A DNA stretch of 63,988 bases, filler included, from Saprolegnia diclina VS20 (GCF_000281045.1; 7 parts of 2 records of this genome joined end to end with filler, not necessarily neighbours in it); one strand, 5' to 3'. Numbered from the whole stretch's first letter, positions 44,531 through 57,474 are shown. The notes: generated from the sequence alone by a model not told the origin. Numbers and translations: made by a program.

Positions 44531-45189
44531 GATGATGATGCGAAGGAGGATGGTTCCTTGGCCGTCTTGATGTTGATGATGTTGCCAGAGATCTCGATGC
44601 TGCCTCCGCTCTGCTGGTAGGCGCGGTCCTTCTTTTCCTTCTTCCAGCTCGAGGGCGGCCCGCGCGCTCGCTCCATCTTGGCACCGAGTCGCGCCATCTC
44701 TTCGCCAATCTTCATCATCGCAGCAGACGACGCGCCGTCGCGTTGGCCGTGCTTGTCCATCTCGACACCGAGCTCGGCCATGCGCTCGCCTAGTTTCGCC
44801 ATCTCATCGCGGTACTTGGCTTCCTTGTGCTCGCGCTTGGCATCGAGCTTCTCGCGGCGCGCCGAGTGCTTCTTGTAGATCTTGAGCATCTTGGCTTCGT
44901 AGCTCTCCTTCTCTTCGTCGAGATGAGCCAGCTCGCGCTCCATGGCCTTCTCGTGGCGGACCTTGCGTCGCTCGGCGTGACGCGCATGGCGGCTCTGTGC
45001 GACCGCGTCCTCGTGCACGGCGGCCGCGGCCGCGTGCAGCTCGCGCCGGTAGTCGTGGTCTTGCAGCCGCTTCGCATGGTCTTCCACGGTCGCTGCATGC
45101 TTCTCGCTTCCATGGCCCTTCTCCATCTCGTCGTCGCGGTCGCTGTCGCTCAACGAGGCCATCGCCTTCCGTCGCGCCCGGCGTCCCAT
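44531..45189 (-). CDS. Charged coiled-coil hypothetical protein, 3' end in gap
   Basis: Open ORF from ATG 45189 to the gap, E/K/R/H-rich helical sequence. Confidence 0.6.
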
Positions 45190-45669
45190 GATGGCGGCGA
45201 CCCGTGCAAATGTTCAGCGGGCTTGCCGGGAGAAAGCCGGAACCGTCTCATTTCGACCTGAATTTTAAATACACTGGAAGTTTGTATGAAATTCAAATCA
45301 AACGTTCTTCATTGCATTCGGCATGTGCCACGTCAACGCCGAAAGTAAGCAAGGACGTCAACCGCGCCCGCACGGCAGCGTCCTCGCCTAGCCATAGACA
45401 TCACTTTGTACAGCCAAAGAAGCGAGCACCTAGGGCCGATATTGTTATCTATTCCCTCGGGTCCTAGAGTGTGGATCACGCCTCTGGTCTCGCCTCTGGT
45501 ATTGGATGTGGTTCGATATCAGAATGGCATATGCCACCCTGATCTGTGGGTGCAATGTGGCACATGCCGATGATTACACGTCCCGATGCGACATGGGATC
45601 TGCATTCCCATAACGAACGTTGGTCGTTGGCTTCAACGACTGTGGAGCGGCCATTTCTGGTTGCAAAGC

Positions 45670-46611
45670 ATGAGCCTCGAGAGAAAGGTCGAAGCGATCG
45701 CGGCCAAGGTCGAGGCCAAGATGGACCGGCTGGGCTCGCGCATGGAAGCATCCAGCCATGACCTTGAAGGCAAGCTGCGCATGGGCGTCTCGAGCGTCTT
45801 CAAGTGGGTCAAGGAAGCCTTCGGGTCCGAGGACGACCGCATCTACCAAGCCGTGCGCGACAACAACGTGCCGGGCCTTATCGCGCTGCTCGAGTCGCTC
45901 GCGCCGGACGCCAAGGGTCGCATGCTCGAGTACCACGGTGCGAACGGCCGCACGCCGCTCATGATGGCCTGCGCCAAGAACCACGTGCAGTGCGCACAGA
46001 TTCTGCTGACGCACGGTACGTTCATTGACGCCAAGGACGACAAGGGCAACGCAGCGTTGCACTACGCCTGTCTCCAAGGCTCCACCGACGTCTTGCAGTA
46101 CCTTCTGAGTCTTCCTGGTGTCTCGCCGTACCTTCAGAACCAGCGCGGTCTCTCGCCCATGGATGTCGCCCGCAAGAACATTGAGAACAAGGACTTTGTC
46201 GCAGCTTCCGCCCAGTGCATCCAACTCCTCGAGCAGCGCGCCTTGGTCTTCCAGGGCTGGGTCTACGAGAGCGTCGACAACCTCGCCTCCTCGATCGTCG
46301 GCATGCGCTCGCTGCAGTCGTGGACGCGTCGGTACGCGCTCGTCCTGCGCGTCGGGTCGCCCCAGTACCTCGAGATTGCACTTTTCGACATTGAAAATGG
46401 CCAGCGCTCGCCGCTTCCGAGGTATATTGTGTGCAATATTGTCGATTGTTCGAAGTGTATGTACACCTGTCTCTAGCTCGACGATTATGTTTCAAGTCGC
46501 GGGGCTTGTGGCGCTCAACACCAAGGAAAAGGTCTTCAACGACAAGCCATTTGCATTTACATTCCAAGGCGCCCGGCGCAAGAGCGCGGGCTTCCTCGGC
46601 GCCGCCCAAAC
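45670..46611 (+). CDS. Ankyrin-repeat + PH-like domain protein, 3' end in gap
   Basis: GRTPLMMAC, GNAALHYAC and GLSPMDVA ankyrin motifs; FQGWVY...WTRRYALV PH-like strands. Confidence 0.8.
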
Positions 46612-46711
46612 NNNNNNNNNNNNNNNNNNNNNNNNNNNNNNNNNNNNNNNNNNNNTTAATTAATTAANNNNNNNNNNNNNNNNNNNNNNNNNNNNNNNNN
46701 NNNNNNNNNNN
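46612..46711. other. Artificial contig linker
   Basis: N44-TTAATTAATTAA-N44. Confidence 0.97.
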
Positions 46712-46845
46712 CCATCTTGATCTTCATGTTCTTTGGCGCGCTCTCGTTCTCGATGACGAGCAACATCATGGCCATCTTCCCGTCGACCAAGTGCTACCGC
46801 ATCGCTGGCGGCAAGGGCACGGTCAACGGCACGTGCCCGGTCTAA
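46712..46845 (+). CDS. C-terminal fragment of a membrane protein (5' part in gap)
   Basis: ILIFMFFGALSFSMTSNIMAIFPSTKCYRIAGGKGTVNGTCPV*, strong GC3 codon bias. Confidence 0.55.
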
Positions 46846-47758
46846 GCGCTCTCACGAATGGCGCAGGTGTCTAGTGTTCGTATAGGACTTGACTGTAACG
46901 TCGATAAGAGTCCTTTGTGTATTTGCGTTGCGCAATTGTGAGTCGGTGTTGGCGATCCAGTGCACTAGACCGAGCTTAGCAATAGGCTTGTGAGCAAATT
47001 GTTGAATGTTGGAGATATGGAGCGGTATATGTTCACAAAGGTGTCACTGCTGCAATGTGCTCGTCCCATCGCCCAGACGCGGCGCCCATGCAATTCACTG
47101 TCAGTGCTGAAAAATACCAACAGGCTCAACCGCACGCCATAGATAGCCATATATAATTTATAAATGTGGTACGTGCCATGATTAACAAAACAGTCGATTG
47201 CTCGCGTTGTATTGCTCGCACGCCGACAACAAGTAGCGCGTTGTGCTCCCCAAAGGATCGAGAAACACCAGGCCAAGTGGCAGCGCTTTCATTTCCGAAC
47301 GCAATTGTCGGCAACCGAGCTGCCTCGCATAGCAGGCGGCGCCACACCTGGTTTTCAAGACCTGTGATTGGCTCAAATATATAAATCGCCCAATTACTGT
47401 ACATTCCGCGCGAATTGCGATCTTAAGCTGGTCCAGGTACTATCAACGAGGCTTTACGGAGACTGCCGCTCGACGGCGTTTGGGAAGACGTACAATATTG
47501 TTCTTTGGATGACGTTAGCCTCTTTGTGTTGTGCCTTCTGCGCCAGGACGATGAGTCCTATCCGCTGCATCGCGTCAATACGCTGGACCTTCAAAGACGA
47601 GGAGCCAGTGCAAGCGACACGGATGCGTTTCCTGGTTGTGATCCACACATTAGAATGCCCCATTCTAAGCATCAAGGGCACGACTCAAGCTCCCAATGCA
47701 TCGCCGTCGGTGCGCCAAGCAGCCAAGCATGGCCACATACACACTACATTGGCTCTAG

Positions 47759-50622
47759 TTATAGACGACGCGCCGTCACCTCTGCGCGATCGTAGTGCAG
47801 CGAGAGAGTCGCGTCAAGCGCAGCATGCGGCCGCTTGAAGCGCAAGGCACAGGTCATCGTATACTGCGTGGACGCCGCATAGGGCTGGACAGAGAATGTG
47901 TGCAGCGACGGGGCAATGTCGTCGGCCATGCACTCGTTCGCGTCGTCGCCCGAGCACACGTCCACGTCGGTAGAGGCTTCCAAAAGCACTGTAGCGCGGC
48001 GTCCCATCGCGTCAAACGAGGTTTGCACAAGGCGACAGCTACAAAATAATATCAAGAATTCAAGAAAATTTCAAATAAGTTTCAAAAATTCAGTGTACCG
48101 GAGTAGAAGCGGCGTCGAGATGGCCGAGGTGGTGAGCGCGCGGAGCCCATGGATGCTCATGGCCAGCTGCACATACGGTGTCGGCGGAGGGCTCGGGTAC
48201 GTCACAACAAACGCGCTGTCCGCGAACGGCGCGGGCGCTTCCATCGAATGGTCCATGTACGACGTGAAGGCAAGTCGGAACTCTTGGCGTGTGCGAATGT
48301 CAACGGCCATGCTGCCGCTCGTGCTCTGCCAAAGGAGAAGCGCGCTACTTGTCTCGGCATCTAGACGTCGACGCGCATGCCACTCGACCCCGTTGACAAA
48401 GATGTTGCCTATGATAGTGTCTCGTGCCCATCTATCCCGGCACGAAGACTCTACCATCCAAATGCACTTGGGTCGAGAGACTAGCGTCGCCGATTTGAAT
48501 CTGATTGGCTTGAATATGTACGGCCTTGGACGCCAGTATCATGGCCGGTGCATCTAGAAGACGACATCAAAACTCACCAAGCGCGCGGTTCAAAGTACGC
48601 ACCCGGAACACCTAGTGTCATACCGGTGGGGGCCGCCAGCGCCACCATCTGGTTGGGTCCTGACGCGATCGCAAGCGACGAGCCGTTCACAGCTACGGTA
48701 ATGCTCTGTGCGGCCGCCAGCGATACGTAATTCGTGTCCGTAGGATCGCCGAGAAGGACGGCTGAGCCACCGAGCGCCACCATGGTCTTGTTGACGTGCT
48801 TGCGAAAGCCTGCGTTGGCACCGAGCGCAATGCTGCCATGGATCTCGACGCTGCTGCTGGACGACGACGCGGGACTGTTGATGTGCACCTCGGTGGCATG
48901 CATCGTCAACATACCTAAACGAGCGATTAGGATTAGGATTAGGGTTGTGCGACAATGGAAAATAGGTACCGGTGGTCATCTGCAGCTGCGTTGTGGCCTC
49001 GAGAGCTAGCGTCGATGCCGCACCAAGTGCCATGGACACGGCGCGAAGGCCCATACTCTCCGCCGTGACGTTGAGTGTCTTGGCACTCGTCAGCGAAATG
49101 GCAGTGGCAGCAACGGCTACGTCGGTCGTCGTCTTGGCGCTGCCAAGATGCACCGTCGTGGACCCGACTGCAAACGACGCGCCGGCGACGGCAACCGCGC
49201 CACCGATCGAGGTTGGGAGCTCGTTCGAACCGCTATTGAGCGCAAGAGCCCCCGACAGCTTGACGTGGCTGTCCGGTTGATTGCTCCCAATGCTCGTCGT
49301 TGTCATCACGTGCTCGTCCGTGTTGATGGCGACGTGACCAAGCGTGCGGGTCGAGCCGACGCCGCCTTGGATTGTGACGGTCCCGCCAACGGCGCCGGGG
49401 CCACCCGAGACCAGCACGTCGCCGCCCGCATCGGCCGCCGACTGCCCGACGAGCTCCAAGCGAATTTGGGACGACGAACTCCGAGGCATGACGCGCACCG
49501 ACGACGCGCCGTCGCGGCCCAGCACGAGCTCATCTACACCGCATGTTAGAATCCATTCGGTTCAAGAGGACGCGCGTACGGGCTTCGAGCGTCAGCGGCG
49601 TCGTGGCCTGGAGACCTGCGGTCGTCTTGTCGGCGTGGAGCACCAAGTGGGCACCGAGCGCGATGCGACCAAGGCGGCCGTCGATCGTGATACCGAGCGC
49701 CGACGGGTCCTCGGGTGGCACGGCGTCTGGATTCGGAAAACACACGGCGCCGTCGGCGTTGACGCGGAGTCGCTGCTGCCCGCTCGTACTCGCCACGATC
49801 GCGCCCTTCTGCGACGCAAAGTTCAAGTCGCCGGCTTGGACGAGCCCGCCGCTGACGTCGGCCGCTGTCGTCATGGTCGTCCCATCTTTAAAGATGACAT
49901 TGCCGGCATGTACGGTTGCAGCTTGGACGCTGGGTGCTACCGTCCTCATGCCATTTATTGGGCTGTTGGGTCAAAGATCGCGTACCGACAAGGCCGTTCG
50001 AGTAGGTGACCGTGCCGTTGCCAAAGACCTCGACACCATGGAAGCGCGGCGCGAGGTCGTCACCGTCCGCGTCGTCGGACGGAATTCGCTTGTACTGTCC
50101 AATGCGCATCGTGCCGTCTTCCAGCGCAATGCTCGCGGTCGCGGGCGCGTGGCCTAATCAATGGTAGGAAACATGAGCGTCAACATGGTAGACTGTACCG
50201 TTGTTCTTGAGGTACACGGACGCCGTCTCGGTTGAAACGACGGTAAAGTGTTCGTCGACGTACGTGCCGAGAAGGTCGACTTGGTGCTCGACAAAAAAGT
50301 CGGTTTGCGCAAGGAAGATCGCTATCGCAATGAGCACGGCGAGCGACAAGAAGCTCAAAAGAAGCACAAAGTTCCAGAACGTGTGGTCGCCGTCGGCCTC
50401 GCGCCGGCGGCGAAAGGCAAAGCGTGGCCGCGCGTCGCCGTGCGATCGAAGCACGCGGAACCGTCGAGGCCGGCGCGACGGCTCGTGCATGGGCTCAGAC
50501 ACATCGCTCGCCGCGCCAGCATCGCCGTCATGGTCGCTTCCGCCATCGGCGTCGTCCTTGTAGATCTCGCTCTTGAGTGGCATCGGCGACGAGTACTCGT
50601 CGTCGTCGGCCCCGGTCATCAT
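47759..50622 (-). CDS. Type II membrane protein with Gly-rich beta-fibre-like ectodomain (multi-exon)
   Basis: ORF pieces 50158..50637, 49888..50109, 49530..49949, 48590..49525, 48574..48912, 48071..48457 and 47759..48055 are separated by short introns; TM FWNFVLLLSFLSLAVLIAIAIFLA. Confidence 0.6.
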
Positions 50623-51052
50623 CTTGGTCGATATCACAAAGCAGATCTCAGATGCCTTTTTATAGGACCCTAAATTTAGGCCTTGACAGCCTTTCTTGAG
50701 CGTGCCATGCTCTATCGGAGCCTTTAATATGCATATTTCGGCATATTATGGCCTAATTAGGACTCTCCTGAAATAGGTGGAAGTGTGTGAAGTAAAGTAA
50801 ACAAGTGCAAAGTGCAGTTTGTCGGAGCTCAGTTTTCAAATTGCATCTTATTGATACCTCAAAGCCAAACCAACTCTGCGAGCAAGGGTCCATGGACCGT
50901 CTGTGTTGACCCTTGCTACGAGTTACAGAGGAGCTAGCTGTAGCTACAAGGACTCGGTGCGCTCTGCGTGACCTAAAGCATCGACGTTCTTCATCTCGAC
51001 GCATCACACATCCATGTCATACACGCGCCACGCTACTAGTATCCTCGTTGGT

Positions 51053-52712
51053 CTAGTACACGGACGGGCGGCGCTTCATGTCCTTGAGCAGCGCGACGAC
51101 TTCGGCGAGCGTTTGTTCGATTTGGTCGAGGCGTTCACTGGACGACGGCGACCCGAGGTCGTCCGAGATGAAGCCAATGTCGCCCGTCGCCGAGAGGAGC
51201 GCCGTGTGATCACCAGGCCCATCAGCCGCGATCGGCGTCAAGCCCGCAGTTTTTTCGCTTCGAAGAACACACTCGGCAAAGCTCACAAGGGCCTCGAGCT
51301 TCGCGAGTTCGAGGCCGCCGTCGACGGTCTTGGTCATGATGGCAATGAGCACGTTGAGCAGCATCACCATGACGATCGTCGCGTGCGTCAGCAGCAGCGT
51401 GTAGCCGAGCACGTAGGACGACGTGTCGGGGAGGTTCTCAAACGGATCAAGCTCGATTTGTCCGAGCATGACGAGGAACGTGGTCACAAAGGCGCGCCAG
51501 AGCGTGTTGTACGTCTCTTCGTCCGTGTCTTGAAACAGCAAGAAATACCCGCACGCATACGCACACTGGAACGGCCAGTAGAACGCGAGGAACCGGAAGA
51601 CGTCGCGGAGGAGCCCGCGCATCATCGGGATGAGGTACCCGGCGGTGCCATGGACCTCGAGGTACTGAAGGCCGAGGATCCAAAGCAGCATGTTGAGCAC
51701 CATGCCGCAGTAGAGCCGCAGCGTCAAGTCGGCATCGCCGATGAGCTCGTACACGGCAAAGACAAGGACCGACGAAAACGTCGGCAGCTGCACGCAGTTG
51801 AAGAACGAGTCAAAGTACTTGGCCGTGTCGCCGCCGACCAAGAGGACGGCAAACTGATAGACGACCGAGAAGGGGCAAAAGATGACGTAGTAGAGGACCT
51901 TTTGCGAGCGCGGACTGAGGCTGTGGAAACCGCAGTCAAACAGCCTATTGTGCTCGGCGACTTCGCCAAACATTTCGTTGAGCTCAAAGCGCAAAAAATA
52001 GAGTCCCGTGAGCCCAACAACGACCGTGTTGAAGTTGGTGAACAGCGCCCAATGGACCACGTGGAGGGACTCGCGCATCGAGAGCGTCACGGCAAGCGCG
52101 ATGCAAATGATACCCGCGGTCGCCGCGCGCCACGATGCCCGGCGCTCGTACGTGAACCACGGCGACGCACTCAGCGCAATGAGAAGCGGGATGCCAATGT
52201 ACAGCCATGCTTGGAGTTGCGTCGGGTACGCATCGCCGCCGGGTCGCATCGACACGGCCACCGTCATCGAGAGCAAAAGAAGGCAGTACATGAGCAGCTG
52301 CTCCATGTACATGCGAAGGCCGAAGCGCTACGGCGACCATGAGCCTCGATCCTTGTCGATGTCGCGGCGTCCGTACCTGCCACTTGAGGGCAATGACTTC
52401 GCGCATGACCGAATGTTCGAGGAGCTTCTTGGTGGCTGTGTCGGTCGAGCCTTGCTGCGACGACGACTGCAGCGTCACAAAGAGCGCGGTGCGGTTGACG
52501 TCGACGCCGTTGCCGTTGTAGACCCGAGCGAGCTACATGGCAAGCTGTCACGTGACGCCGCGGATGAGACAGTGACAGACCTCGGTCGGGTTGTTGATGC
52601 ACTTGTCGAGTTCGCGGACGGCTATGGACAAGTCACTCCGCGTCTCCACCGCGCGCTCGTACGCGGCGAGCGAAAAGTGCGGCGAGTCGGTCTCGATGTC
52701 GTGCGCGCTCAT
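51053..52712 (-). CDS. TRP-like cation channel subunit (ion transport domain, multi-exon)
   Basis: LLEHSVMREVIALKW pre-S1; LQYLEVHGTAGYLIPMM..DVFRFL S4-S5; FVTTFLVMLG pore; MLLNVLIAIM S6. Confidence 0.8.
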
Positions 52713-53106
52713 AGTTATTGCGTGGGAAAGGCCGAGGATGTCGACGGAAGAGATGGTCGGCGTCCAGCAGCCGACGTTTCTTTTAGACCACGTTTTTAGC
52801 CAATCGGAACGTGGGTGGGAATCACATACCATTTCCAAGAGAATGAGCTGGCACGCTCCGCGCGTCGTTTTGTTATGACACAACAAGACACATTTGGACC
52901 GCGAAGCAAGCGCTCGGCCAATCTAGGGCAGCTTAGCCATGGCTTTTTCTCATGAGGAAACTCAAGTTTCTGGTCTAAAACTGGATACGTATGGCTCGAA
53001 GGTAAACTTGGGCGCAATAACGTTAGACTGGCGATTATTGCCTATACCAGGTACATGCAATTCCTCCTCGGCTTCGAACCCATCGTTGGATTGAATGTAC
53101 CGGTAC

Positions 53107-53206
53107 NNNNNNNNNNNNNNNNNNNNNNNNNNNNNNNNNNNNNNNNNNNNTTAATTAATTAANNNNNNNNNNNNNNNNNNNNNNNNNNNNNNNNNNNNNN
53201 NNNNNN
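53107..53206. other. Artificial contig linker
   Basis: N44-TTAATTAATTAA-N44. Confidence 0.97.
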
Positions 53207-53818
53207 ACGACGCCCGCCCTCGACCTCGAGCTCACGTACTTTGGCATTCCGGGTCGCGCCGAGTTTATTCGCCTCCTCCTCACGCACGGCAAGATCAACT
53301 TCAAGGACACGCGCTATTCGTTCCCCGACTACTTTGCCAAGAAGGGCGAGCTCAACCTGCCGTTCAACCAGGTCCCGACGCTCCAGGTCAACGGCGCGAC
53401 CACGTACGGTCAGTCGCTCGCCATCGCGCGTTACGCCGCCAAGCTCGCGGGTCTCTACCCGGCCGACCCGCTCGCGGCCCTCGAGGCCGATGCGGCTGTC
53501 GACGCGATCGTCGAGCTCTTCAACGCCGTCGTCGACGCCGTGTACAAGACGCAGGGCGACGAGGCGCAGGCGGCCAAGTTTGAGACCATCAACAACGAGA
53601 CCTTCCCGCGCATGCTGCGTCAGCTCGAGGCGCGCGTCGCCGGTCCCTTCTTCACGGGTGCCGACATGACGTTTGCGGACGTCTACCTCTTGGACTTTGC
53701 GGTCCACACGCTCTCGAGCGACAAGATCACGGTGCGCCTCGCTGAGTATCCCAAGCTCCAGACGATTGTCGACCGTGTGCGCGCGACGCCGCAGATCCAC
53801 GCGTACTTGACCAAGTAG
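53207..53818 (+). CDS. Glutathione S-transferase (sigma-like), start codon in gap
   Basis: Frame from 53207: LTYFGIPGRAEFIRL...LPFNQVPTL...QSLAIARYAAKLAGLY...TFADVYL. Confidence 0.92.
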   Translation, partial: TTPALDLELTYFGIPGRAEFIRLLLTHGKINFKDTRYSFPDYFAKKGELNLPFNQVPTLQVNGATTYGQSLAIARYAAKLAGLYPADPLAALEADAAVDAIVELFNAVVDAVYKTQGDEAQAAKFETINNETFPRMLRQLEARVAGPFFTGADMTFADVYLLDFAVHTLSSDKITVRLAEYPKLQTIVDRVRATPQIHAYLTK

Positions 53819-54038
53819 AAACCGAACCAGGTTGGACACCGACTGTAGTTGTTCCACTGACACCCATTTATCTATCGTTTATCGCTTCATTTTGTTGTAA
53901 GCTTCGCAAGCGTGAGCTCATGGTCGTAACGAATTACATCAATATTGGGGCGAGTATCAGGAAGGTACTCCTCATAAATGTGTGGACTATCGAGAGAAGT
54001 TGTATATAGAAACTACATGTATGACCCCAAACATATTG

Positions 54039-57000
54039 TCATGTAAACAAAGCCGCTTTGGGGGCGCCGGGTTTGACTTCGGGAAAAAGCCGTGTAACGA
54101 CAAGGTCCAGCAGCGAGAGCAAAAGGCTCTTGACGAGGAGTTCATGCTGCAGAAACTCAAAAACCTACAAACTGATCAACGCCACGCATGAAATGCTCGC
54201 GACAATACCTTGAGGCTCCCATTACGCGCCGCGGGCTCCCCAAGGAGCGACGCAACAACGCTCGGACACGCATGTAGAAGCGCGTCTCGGCAAGCAAACA
54301 TTTGCAGTGTCATCTCATTTGCTGTGGGGGGCGTCTCGGGCGGGCTGCGAACGCCGTCCGCCGGTAGTACGGCGGCGCGGAGGCCAAACAGCACGCTGGC
54401 GACCTTTTTGGGCTGCGTCCACTCGGCAAACTGAGCCCCGAGCAGGCGGTGGCAAGTCGCATTGAGCGACACGCGGAACAACGTGCGCGTCAGCGTCAGT
54501 GCGTGACGACGAAGGCGCGCGACTTCATCGAGCTCAAACACTTCGTCGAGGGTTTGAAACACCTGCAGTTCGAGCCTCTACTATAATCGTGCATCCCATT
54601 CTCGCACGATCCCGGCGAGATCCAACCTGCAAATGGAGCTGGCCGAGCTTGGCGCGGGGGGGCGTCACGGGGGGGATCGCCGATGACGGAGCCTTCAAGT
54701 CGGCGTCCAAGAAAAACTGCTGTACATAGAGGTTCTGGCACAACGATTCGCACTGCAAAACGTCGAGCAAAACGCGATGTAGGATGCTCGCCTCCGACTC
54801 GTCCGCGGTTCTTTTGTCCTATAGTCAACGGCTCATCAGATCATTTCGTTTGTCAATCAACGCGCACGAGAGAGAGGCGACGCAGTTGTCCCATGTCGAC
54901 GTCCCCCGAGGTTTCGAGTGCGGCCAAAAGCACTTCAACGTCGACCCAGCGCTTGGCGAGCGACCATTCCGTGCCCGATCCAGTGTGCACCACGTCAATG
55001 CGAAAGCGTCGACCTGTCTCGTTGTTGCCTCCGGCTTCCGTGATGGAAATGACGCGCGGAATCGTCAGACGCAACCGGCGACGGGCCGCGTTGAGCTCGT
55101 AGCATGCATTGCAGACGCGCTGGTCGCCATTCGTATCCTCATGGATGCAGTGGTTGCTGCATGCAAAGCAGCACTGTCGATGACACAGGGGGCACTCAAA
55201 GGCGGCATCGTCCTTGCTTGCGTCGTGTCGCACTTGGCGGTGGCACACGCCACACGCTTCAAGGGTCTCGACGGCGACGTCCAACTGCACTTGGGACACC
55301 CCGACGTCCTCTACCGCACTGCATAAGCGGTGTCGCGATCGCAGAGGCGTACCTGGCGCGAGTACATACGGCCGGGTGCAGCGTTCTCGCACCCACTTGC
55401 GCCGCCGGACGCAGTCGAGGGACCGCTCCGTGTCGTGGAAGCCGTCTTTCGAAAGCTTTGCGTACTGCCAGTCGCCTTCGAGCTGCCACTCGCTCGTCCA
55501 GATCCACTCGGACGACGGAAGGACGTCGACGCGCTTGCGCTTGTCGCTTGACTTGACCCAGCCTTGCAGCGGCAAGTATCGCTCCGTCTCACAAGCCACG
55601 TCGAGGACCATGCTGCCATCCATGGGCAACGTATCGGGACGGCCAAGGACACTGCCCAAGTCGCTTTCCCACGGATGTGTGCTGAGGCGGAAGAGCACTT
55701 GCAGCACCTTCTCCATGGCTTGCTTGTCGCGTAAAATTGCGTATGGCTCGTAGTACATCTCGGTGAGCGACGTCGTGAGCGTAAACGCAGTAAAGTACGC
55801 CCAGAGCTCGCCGTCTTCGAGGCAGAGCAACAGCCATTGCAACCCGCGCGCACAGCACAAATCATAGCTCGGTGTCGTTGACGGCAGCGACAGCACAGTG
55901 TCAATGCGGGACTTCCAGAACGTGATTTCCGGTCGCGGCTCCACAAGGTACGTCCAGTACGTGGCCGATGGCTGGAGACCAAAGAGGAGCACTTTTTCGA
56001 GGGCGGAGAGGAGGCTGTGCACTTCGGCGCTGCGACCGCTCGTACGCGCCTCGGACGAACTGTCGAGGAGACGCACCATGGCGTCGACGGCAGTGGTGAG
56101 TGTGGCGACGACCGCGTCCCCGGCCGATGACGCCATCGCGTCGACGATCGGCTCGTCGGCCAGCGCTTTGTTGCTATTGTTGGTCGAATGCAGGCGACGA
56201 AAGCGTGCCTTCATCTTCATCAACGACGGTAGTGGGCTCGTCTTCTTCTTCGTGGCGCTGGTCTTCGTAGACAAAGACATATTGGACCGAAGCAATGGTG
56301 GATGTGGCTCTGCCGCCCATGTTGTCAGTAACATGGACGACGACGCCTCCAACTCGGGCCAGAGCTTGGCAAGGTCCGCTTCGTCCCACGTTGTCGAGCG
56401 CTTGGTCGTTGATGCGGCGTAGTAGTACGAGTGTCCGCTGTCGCTGTCGCTGAGCGGACGCGCCGGTGGCAGCGATGCCACCAGTAGCGCATTCATATAC
56501 TTGGGCTCACTGTACGCGAGTATAGGCTCCAAAATGCATTTGGCCATCATTTCGGCGAGAAAATGCGACGTGAGCGCTCCGAGGGAGAACAAGGTGCTAT
56601 GGTCGCGGCGCGGGTCGGCGTCGGGTCGGCACACCGTGAGCAATTGTAGCGAGAGGTGCTTGAGGTAGCCACTGTCGTGGCAGCCGCGGTGCAGTGTCGG
56701 CGTGGGCGAGTGGCGAATGTACTCGAGCACCCGCCGGCGCCGGGCGTCAACGTTGTTTCGTTCGTCAAACTCGATCGAGTGTGCGGCCATAAGTGCGGCG
56801 TACATGTCTCGAAACGCGGCGAGGTGGAGGCGCACGAGTTCGACAGCGTCGGTGGCTAGCGCCATGGCGCTATGGTACTGAAGATGCCGCATGCAGCGCT
56901 GCGCAAACGTGCCGAGGATATCGCAGAGAACGAGCTTGACACCGGCGAGAAACGAGTCGTCGGTCGTAAGCTGCTTGTACCAACTCGCGACACTGTCGCG

Positions 57001-57354
57001 CACGACAATGTTGACCAGCGTCCCGAGCTCTTCCGCGATACTCGTGTCCACCGCATAGGTTGTGTGCAGGTAGGCGGCGGGGGGCAGCTTCCGCACCGCG
57101 TCAGGGCGGAATCCGGCGTCCAGCAAAGTCGGCCGTCGTTTTTCCGGTTGCTTTCCGAGGACATAAAGCAGTGGGACGCTCGAGAGATGGCAGTGGAACG
57201 TGGTGAGGAGCTCGTACGTCGACTGGAGCGATGCGAGGAGCACGAACGAGAAGATGGACACGAGCACCTCGATGCCAGCCACGAGCACCGCGGCAGGGCC
57301 AAGGACAAGCATGAGACCGAGCCCGAGACAAACACAGGCGACGTCGGTGCGCAT
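54039..57354 (-). CDS. Sorting-nexin-like protein: TM-PXA-RUN-DysF-FYVE-like-PX-Nexin_C (multi-exon)
   Basis: PXA IVVRDSVASWY; RUN LEKVLLFGL...QWLLLCL...YYEPYAILRD; DysF ERYLPLQGW...WIWTSEW...WQYA...VRRRKWVR; CGVC..CPLC..CFAC..CNAC finger; terminal exon VFEFLQHELLVKSLLLSLLDLVVTRLFPE. Confidence 0.75.
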
Positions 57355-57474
57355 GTTACTGCGAATATGTCGTTTGATGTGCAAGTTTCGTCTTGCTTGT
57401 CGTGAAACGCTGGTTTTCAAACGCAAATTTTGCCTTTTTTAAGCGCTGGTTTCACAACGACTTTGAAACGATCG

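Noticed and set aside
48927..48947. Telomere-like TTAGGA/TTAGGG and CCCTAA runs (also near 20056, 38074, 41549)
   Set aside because: Only 2-3 imperfect units, mostly in introns or intergenic DNA where CTAA branch-point-like words are expected; not a telomere.
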